From the human T2T-CHM13v2.0 reference genome, Homo sapiens: DNA of 64,000 nt. Below the pieces are notes generated by a model. That model saw only the letters and a list, made by a program, of their open reading frames with translations. It was not told where the DNA came from and ran no database searches. The stretch is taken from the NCBI RefSeq assembly GCF_009914755.1, contig NC_060927.1. One strand, 5' to 3'. The translations under genes and the position numbers were made by a program. Within the stretch, counting starts at the first letter, position 1. Every line of letters starts with the position of its first letter. Positions 55,301-64,000 of this stretch are shown here, piece after piece.

Positions 55301-56170
55301 TAAGAAAAACGATGTTAGAAGATGACAGATTTAATCACTTCATCTCAGAGATGAGTAAACTGAGGCTCAGAAACAAGAAGACTAATTTTGGTTAGGACCC
55401 AGTCTACTTGTCCAAGAAATATACATATTTGATCACTGTTCTCAATGCCCTGTCTCATTTTACCCCAATAAAATGGTATCTGTGAGCCTCCTAGTATGTT
55501 ATTTCTGTACTACCCATGCTCTTTCATGTCATAATTGTTAGTATTCCAATTTGTGGCAGCCAAATTATGGAATAGGAAAAGTTGCATCTTTCAGGGAAGA
55601 CCCATCACCTGTTTGATGCCATGACGAATCAAAGACAACAGAAAAACTAACAGGATGAATAGAAATGTTAACTTGCATGGAATCAAAGCAGTGGCTCAGA
55701 GCAACCCTTATGGCATTTGGGAAGTTACAGTATTTTGGCCTTGATATTCTGTCGAAATCAACCACAGTCCTGGAACACCTTCTGTTTAATTTTACTCAGT
55801 GAAAATGTTTGTGCTGCCACTGGTAACCAAGGCTGGATACCCTGGAATCTCAGTTCAAATGCAAAAACACCATCTTAACATGCTCCAATTTGTATACTTA
55901 TTTGTGTCTTGTCATTTTCAGGGAGGATATAAGATGAGCTAACTGGCAAAGGGAATTATGTAGTAACTGATGCAATAATTAGTCTCTCACTTGAAAATGT
56001 CGGGGATAATTACCAAGTCATATTTAGGAAGGAGCTCTCCCTGGCCAGGGCTGATTTTCAATTACCCTGGATTTAGTGAACATATGCTAGACATTCTGAT
56101 GTTGGCCACTAGGTGATGATGATAAAAGGGGAAACTATGATAAACCTAGAGGAGAAAAAGTGAATGACTG

Positions 56171-56240
56171 GTGTGTGTGTGTGTGTGTTTGTGTGTGTGT
56201 CTGATAGAGAGGGAGAACGAGACAGGGAGAGAGAGACAGA
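56171..56240. repeat. (TG)n followed by GA-rich compound microsatellite
   Basis: Read directly. Confidence 0.85.
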
Positions 56241-57529
56241 AAGCGAAAAAATGGGAATGGATATATTCATACATGCCACAAAACACAACTTAGCATGACC
56301 TAGGCTTCATCTGGTCACCAAAATATAGCAGAAATATAGCACGGTAATTGGGTCAAGTGGCTCATGGCTCAAAAAAGAGCAGTATCATTACATATGTAAT
56401 ACACAGGTATGATTCTACTGCGGTTGTGGGTAGACCAATGGTTCTCAACCAGTATGTCATAGCACACATGAATATACCCCGAATATTTCAAAACCAGGCT
56501 GCCAAGTTTTGATCCATGTGTGTAAATTATTTTTTCAATCATAGATGCCTACCATAACATCGCTACCAATCTAAAGAATGTGGAATTAAGTTATTTAGCC
56601 ACTTGTTGTCAATAGGGTAAATTATTACTAATAAGAGGTAAGAAGCACAGAAAATTTCAAGCCGATTTTTCTAAGAGAAAAAATGTGTGTTCACTGGATA
56701 ATGCTAGAATTTTTTTTCGATTTTTCCAAAGCTTGATTTAACAAGAAAAAATAAAGCTCAACTCCAATTCCTTAAAATGTCCTGCCAAAAATTCTAGTGT
56801 TTGAAAGTGTTCTACAACAAAAAAGTTTAGATGGGTCAGATAAGGAAGGACGGGAAAGCTATCTCTGCAAGAATTATGGGGTTTCTCAGGCTGGGAAAAC
56901 TGGGAAATACTGGATTAGAAGTCTTTTTTTGTAGTCACGGCTATCTCAATGCTAGTGGCCCTCACCTCTCAGTCTCATCTTTCCACTTTTAGACAGAGCA
57001 TTCAGAGTACTCTGAAACACATATTCTACATGTAGATTGCTGCTTCTGTTTGGAATCAGTGTCCGCCCTCATAACAATAGAAGATCTTAAAGGAAAATGA
57101 TAACCTTGAAGAGGTGACGTGTGTTGCAACAGACTTTAGGAGGTTGCACTGAGCAGTTCTGGGGCTTTTGACCAGGCAATGTAAGTATTCCTGTCTGGGC
57201 CAACCATTCAAATCCAGAGAGGCATGGGGGAGGATTCCTCTTTTTGTACCAATGGATGATTCCTGAGAAAGTTTTAAATCCAACGGAATGGGCAGCTAAG
57301 CATTGTTCAGCTGAAGATCCAGGGTTTGAAAACTACATTTAGTCTCAGAGCTTTTAGGTTTAAAAGAAGGCAGGAGTGAAAGGACCAGGTGTCTGAATAA
57401 CCATGTGTGCTCTCAATTTGCCAATAACCTAGTTATTTCTGCAAAGATGGGGTTCTCTCTCATTAAATGATAATTCACTGAGACTTTTCCTATCGGTTTG
57501 AGCTCTCCTGAATATCATTTAAAAACCAC

Positions 57530-57943
<414 letters not shown>

Positions 57944-58089
57944 TTAGTGATCTTCTCAGATAACCGTGACCCAACCTATAGCACCCCCACACCCCTACCT
58001 TCCAACATAAGAATAAAATTCTCTTTTCTTTCTTTTTGATCTTCGTATTTCTCTATTTGATAATGCCTGTGGTCTGAGTTCAGTTAGAT

Positions 58090-58291
58090 CAGTGTTTCTA
58101 AAACTTTAATGTGCAACAGAATCATCTGGAAGGCTTGTTAAATACAGATTGTTGGGCCCGTGGACCAAACCCCAATGTGTTTTTCAGCGAGTCTGAGGTG
58201 GGTGGAGCTGACACTTTGCATTTCTGACGACTTTCCAGGTGCTGGTAAAACTGATGTTGCTGATATGTGGATCACACTTTGAGGAACACTA
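58090..58291. mobile_element. MER5A-type hAT MITE with 8-bp TSD
   Basis: cagtgtttctaaaacttt...ttgaggaacacta; TSD agttagat / aattagat. Confidence 0.78.
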
Positions 58292-60349
58292 AATTAGATG
58301 CTTAAGCATGAAAGGCTAAGATATGTCTAAAGACTTTGGTCCAGTTCACAGCCAAAGGTTTTACTTTCCTATGCTACATGTCTGCCTTCATTTCAAAAAT
58401 TATTGGTAGAAAGTACCCTCATAAAGTTCTCTGGTTCCCCTGGACTATCCTGCCTTCTAATACACTGAGGAATCCCAGAGGAGGGGCACGATGTAGCCAC
58501 ATTCATTCATTCTCAGCAATACTTATTCACAGGAAGCTCCGAAATACAGCCTCCATGGTTCAATCGAAGTCCATTTTGTAAAAATCACATATTTAAGCAT
58601 TTCATTTTGTAGATGAAAATCCTGAAACCAAAACAGGTCATGTGACTTGTCCAAAGCCACAGTGCTGGTAGCAACTGGCCGAGCTGCCCCTAGAATCTAG
58701 GGTTCTTGCCTGGTCACCTTCTAGTAAAACGTCCTCTAGCAGGCCAGGCTCCCTGAATAGACGACACATTTTAATTATATATATCATATTTTTTCCCCAT
58801 TTGAACAGAAGACTCCTAAAATATACTTTGATAATAGCAACTATTACTATGCATGCATTTTAATGTGCAGAAAAGATATCAGTGAGTTTTTTTTTAAAGC
58901 ATCACCATCCTATTTATACTACCTTTCCATGTATTTATAGGCTACAGATTACCCTTAAGTATTCTGATCTTAAAAGAGTAACCAACACTCTAAATGACTA
59001 TTATTCTCAGGGGATAAAGACATTTCATTTTGTAATCTTTTTGTCTTACATCATACATAATCTCCTGTATCTTACTGAATCAGGCTTTAATTGTAGGTGG
59101 ATTCTTTTGAATCCATTGTTTAGCTATGCAAAATTTTTCAGCAATTAGGAGCAAGGCAAAAATTTCCTTCCTTTTACTTAATAAGACATTATTTCAAAAG
59201 AAGGAGTGCAAAGATTGAAGTACTGTAGATCATAACTTAAACAACCTGGGCTATGACTATGACATATGAGAAAGTTAACTCCCCCTATCCCCTGCCAAAA
59301 TTTCTTTAGCAATGCACTGAGATTCAAAGACTTCATGACAACTTAAATTGCTTCTTAGTAAAGAAATTAATTTAATTAGGAGTTATAGCACGGAATTTCA
59401 TTTTCTAATGGGCCTCAAACACAAGTGGTTGTAAAAAGTCATTTTGAGATCAAAGTGACCTTGGGTCTGGACTGTTTTTTGCCAGCTTGTTACCAACTAA
59501 GAAATCAGCCATTTATTCTTTAGAAGGGTCAGAAAAACTAACATCTTCCCCATGCTGGGCACCTCAATCCACAAAACGTTAAAACCCAACCATCCGCTAT
59601 AAAACTTATGTAACTGAAACTTCACTCACTGAAAATTTTTGCAGGAGTAAGTTGAACACATTTCAGTTTTAAAAAGGCAGCCCACTATCTCACCAGATGA
59701 AAATGTAAGTGCATATTAGAAATAATTCACTCAACGTTAGTTAATTTTTGTGAGTCATTCTCACTAACTTCTTGCTAATGATCTGTCTTGGCAGCAAATG
59801 GTTTCATCTAGACTCCTCTTCAATGCTCCTTATTCATTTCAAGGAAAGCATTTAATAAGGGGCAAATGGCAAATAATTAGGCAAAAAAACAAAAACTTGC
59901 CAGTCAACTCAAAGGGAAATTGACTCCTTTCCCCAATAAGTTTCCAATGAGAAAAGATCAGAGAGTTAATTAATGTGTAACCAACCTGTGGATGCCGGGA
60001 CACCCACATATGCAGTAAGTTGCAGGCTAATGATTAAAGTCCACCTCTTAAACCAAAAAAGGTCAGCCTTTCTAGCTGTCAAGAAGGTGGTGACTTGAAC
60101 CACAGATCAATCACCATTCACATCAAAGGAGTAAGAGGTGAAGCCATTAAGACAAACCCAGCTGGAAAAACCTTGTCCTTTCATTTGATATCATATATTT
60201 AAACAAAACAAAACCAAAACCAAAAAAAAAAAAACAAAAAAACCATTACTTCCCTCCCCATCCCATTCCATACTGCAAAATGTGGCAAATCTTTGATCCT
60301 AATGAACATTCTTTGGAAACCAAATCAAATAATAGAAGACTCTATAGAA

Positions 60350-60418
60350 ACCATGATAACATACTACCTGTGCTAATAACAGACCATGATAACATACTAC
60401 CTGTGCTAGTAACAGACC
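60350..60418. repeat. 33-bp tandem duplication
   Basis: accatgataacatactacctgtgcta(a/g)taacag twice, one mismatch. Confidence 0.95.
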
Positions 60419-60614
60419 TGAAATGAAGCTGAAAATGAGTTGAGAATTTAACTCTTAAGGGAAATTCTTTTTAAATTCCTTACCCAAAGCTGTAATTTAA
60501 GGCTGTGATTTAAATACCTTTGATTTATTAAGTTATTTTCACTAGTATTTACTACTTTTAAAACTCTGACAATCTTTTCCTATTACATAAAGGAAAATAA
60601 ATACATTAACAATC

Positions 60615-61000
60615 TGTATTAGTCTGTTCTCACACTGCTATAAAGAACTACCTGAGACTGGGCAATTTATGAAGAAAAGAGGTTTAATTGGCTCTTGGTT
60701 CTGCAGGCTTAACAGGAAGCACAACTGGGAAACCTCAGGAAACTTACAATCATGGCAGAAGATGAAGGAAAACCAAGCACCTCTTACCATGGCAGAGGAG
60801 GAAAGAAAGAAAGCGAAGGGGGAGCTGCCACACACTTTTAAACCATCATATCTCATGAGAACTCACTCACTATCACAAGAAGAGCAAGGGGGAAATCTGC
60901 CTCCATGATCCAACCACCTCCCACCAAGCCCTTCTCCCAACATGGGGGGATTACAATTCGACATGAGATTTGGGTGGGGACACAGAGCCAAACCATATCA
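60615..61000 (-). mobile_element. THE1D/MSTA-type MaLR solo LTR
   Basis: tgtattagtctgttctcacactgctataaaga...gagccaaaccatatca; perfect 5-bp TSD caatc (60610-60614 / 61001-61005). Confidence 0.92.
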
Positions 61001-61767
61001 CAATCCAATGTGGGTGATAGCTGCTACAGTAACTGTAGTAGACTTGCAAGATATTAACTGTCATTGTCTTGTCAAATGGAGGCTCAGTACAAAAGATTAA
61101 TATGCACCAATGGGTGAACCACACAGCCAACCACTTGTTGCCACATTGCTCAACCCCAAGGGGAAGAAAGTTACAAAAAAAATGATGTGAAGACTCCACA
61201 GCTCTTTTCCTTGAACCCTACTGGTCATCTGTTCTATTCTACTTCCAGAATGTTATGTCATCCAGGTCTGAATCCCTCTCACCTTTTAAGGGCTACTTTA
61301 CTACTTGCTGTCTTGTAGTTCAAGTATGTTCCTATCTTCCAGACTATAATAAATGCTCCTTGAAGGTGGAGACTCTCTTTTGTGAAATAAGTAGTGCCTA
61401 GTATAGCGCCTTGCACACAATATGTTTTTTACTAGAGAGCATGCATTGTGTAGCATATCAATATTGCTTTCACATGGCATTTCTAATTCAACCCTCCCAG
61501 AGACTTGGTGAGATGGTTTGACAGAAGCTTAATGACGTGCTCAAGGCCTGAATATTCTTATGAAGCAGAGGTAAAACTGAACCTAGGACTTCAAATGCCA
61601 CATTCACATTCACTTCCCTTCCCTTTATCACCAAAGCAAGCACTGGTCTCACCTCTCAACCACAGCATCACCAATCAGCAAGCTTCCTGGAAGGTTATGA
61701 GAGTCAGCCTTTTATCAGGCCTGCAATACTTGCTCTCCTGTGGAACAATATCCTCATGGAGTTAGAT

Positions 61768-61993
61768 CTGGGTTTCTCAACCTCAACACTGCTGACATTT
61801 TCCATGGATAATTCTTTGTTGGAGGGGGCTGTCTTGTGTACTGTAGGATATTTAGCAGCATCTCTGACTTCTACCTATTAGATTCAAATAGTGGCCTCAT
61901 CTCCCAAATTGTGACAATAAAAGATGTCTCCAGACATTACCAAATGTCTAGGGGAGTGGGCCAGGTGGGGAGTTCAAACCAGCTAGGAACTGC
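61768..61993 (-). mobile_element. MER20 hAT MITE
   Basis: ggtttctcaacctcaacactgctgacatttt...gatgtctccagacattaccaaatgtc. Confidence 0.78.
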
Positions 61994-62319
61994 TGGGCTG
62001 TTGCAGAGGCCAGGTTTACCTAGCATGGGGGTGGGCATACAACCCAAACTGACAACCAGAGCATCCCACACTCTTCCCCCATCCCTGATTAGTCCATGAA
62101 TGTATGTTATCAAGGCAGGGCCAATCAGTAGGTGTTTTTGGTGGAGAGGGCATTGATAAGAACATTAAAAGAGTTAGAAGGCCTCACTCATGAGATCATG
62201 GCACTTTGTAGTTTGGTTTATACTGGTTTGACTTGAGATGTTGAACCTTGCAACCCAGAAAGGCCTGATTAATCTATCCACTGTATCACTGTAGTGCATG
62301 GAGTCCGACATGGGCTTCC

Positions 62320-62705
62320 CTTCCTAGCACAGAGTGAAACCCCAAGTCCTTTTCCAGATTGGCATGGTCTTATAGACACTGGCATTTCCTGCATTGTGCT
62401 AATATAGGTGCTGGTCCCTCTGCCAGAGATACTCCCCCAATAACCAGCACACCTCACTTCCTCCAGTTCTAAACTCAATGTGGCCTTTCCTGACATTTTC
62501 TTTGCAGGAGCACCCTCAGCCCAACCCCAGCAACATAGTAGTCACCATCTGACATGCTATATATTTCCTTTTTGTCTATCTTCACCCATTAGACATATCA
62601 GATCACGAGGGCAGGGACTTTGTCTCTATTGTGCACATGTTGGATATGCAAATAGGTGCTCAATAAAGATATTTTGATTAAATGAATCAATCAATCAATC
62701 AATCC
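62320..62705 (+). mobile_element. L2 3' fragment with (TCAA)n tail
   Basis: caccatctgacatgctatat...aataggtgctcaataaagatattttgattaaatgaatcaatcaatc. Confidence 0.7.
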
Positions 62706-64000
62706 AACATGTGGTGCCCAGTCTGAGGGAGGCTGGTTATCTTCACTTCCATGACTAAAAGGCTTAGCAATATAAGGCTTAGGAATTTGAAACATTTAAA
62801 GATGAGTCAAAACCATCCCCGCTCCAGGTAGTCCCTGCTCCACGCAAACACAAAAGGATCACAGTCCACTTTGAATCAGGAGAGCATCTGAGTGTCAAAA
62901 ACAATACCAGGAGCTGGCAGTTCCCACTCTGCCACCACTTCTGCATGTCCTCTCCCACTCCCCCACCACAGTAGGCTCCTTACTGGTTCTTTGTCAGTGG
63001 GACAGGGGGGCAAGAAATCCAAGTTCCCACCAAGCAATCATGTTATACCTAATCAGTATGCATAAGATGACAAATCCTGATACAGCCGACTTTGACAAAA
63101 AAGGGAAAATTTCAGTGTGGTGGGAGAGAGCCAGCTATGAGATTCCCCTTCACATATTGGTCAAGAAGCAGAGAGTTCATTTTGTTTACAGGGCAGGGGA
63201 GAAGCATGGACAGACATCAGAGTTTGGGGCTAGCTCACACCTAGGTGTCTCTTATTCAGTGCCTTTCATCTTGATTTGCAAGTCTCAAGTGTTCCATTTC
63301 TGAATCTGCATCTGGGCCCCTTGATCCAGATTGGGTTTTCCCTTGCTGCAGAGCAATCTAGTTATATTTGGTGACTTAAGCTAAGAACATTTCACATCAT
63401 GAAATCTGGTTCATCAAATACTCAACAAATATTTACTAAGCTCCTACTACATCCCAGCTCTGTTCCAGGCTTTGGGGACACATCAGTGCATATGGGACAT
63501 AAATGCCCTGATGCACCACCTAAGGATGGGGGCTTCTTGCCATTTGCACATAGACATCATTTACTGCCTGTCTGGTCAGACCTTCCTATGGGTGAATTCA
63601 CATTTTAATGGAACACACTGGAGACATGGCAAAGTGATTAAGAATGCATTTCAATCAACCCAACATGGTCTAAAAAAAGTAAGTAATAGGCATAATCTAC
63701 ACCCATAGTTTCCTACCTGATAAGGTTGTTGGGAAGATTAAATGAAGTGCTTCAAACAGGAAACTAAAAATGAAAAATGTGAGGCAATCACCATGATTAG
63801 ACACTCTGAGGTAAAAAAGCTTATTCAAATCACCCTGCACCCCCATAAGGGCTCCTATACCAACTCTCCTTTCTCCCAGGAAAGTTCAAGCTTGGTCACC
63901 ACTGACTATGCCCACTCAGGTCAACCACATGCTATGGGGGCCAGCTGGAAGCACAACCCCTCTACATCCCTTGGGTGAACTGTTGGAGAAAATTGAACAT

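Overview
This is primate (almost certainly human) genomic DNA from the 5' part of PRICKLE2, transcribed on the minus strand. The one secure protein-coding segment is a 184-nt exon (10556->10373) holding the annotated start codon and first 48 codons ([48 protein letters not shown]). A probable non-coding first exon lies about 26 kb upstream (about 37080->36506). The rest is intron and upstream sequence filled with Alu, L1, L2, MIR, MaLR/ERV1 solo LTRs, hAT MITEs and simple repeats, and nearly all ORFs in the supplied track are chance or repeat-derived. I see no prokaryotic-type system. The best lead is that the 40-nt '5'UTR' of the coding exon reads in frame as (R)[13 protein letters not shown], the second half of the Testin/PRICKLE3-type cysteine-rich motif. 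This implies an N-terminally extended PRICKLE2, made from a more distal coding exon and/or by non-AUG initiation in a uORF-rich exon 1. Other leads are inverted AluY elements bracketing the ATG exon, a candidate antisense exon, an AP-1/TEAD/CArG enhancer-like cluster, an RFX X-box, a sense-oriented ERV1 LTR, an L2-tail-derived minisatellite and a 19-bp hairpin. Repeat subfamily names come from remembered consensus sequences, and old-repeat boundaries are approximate.
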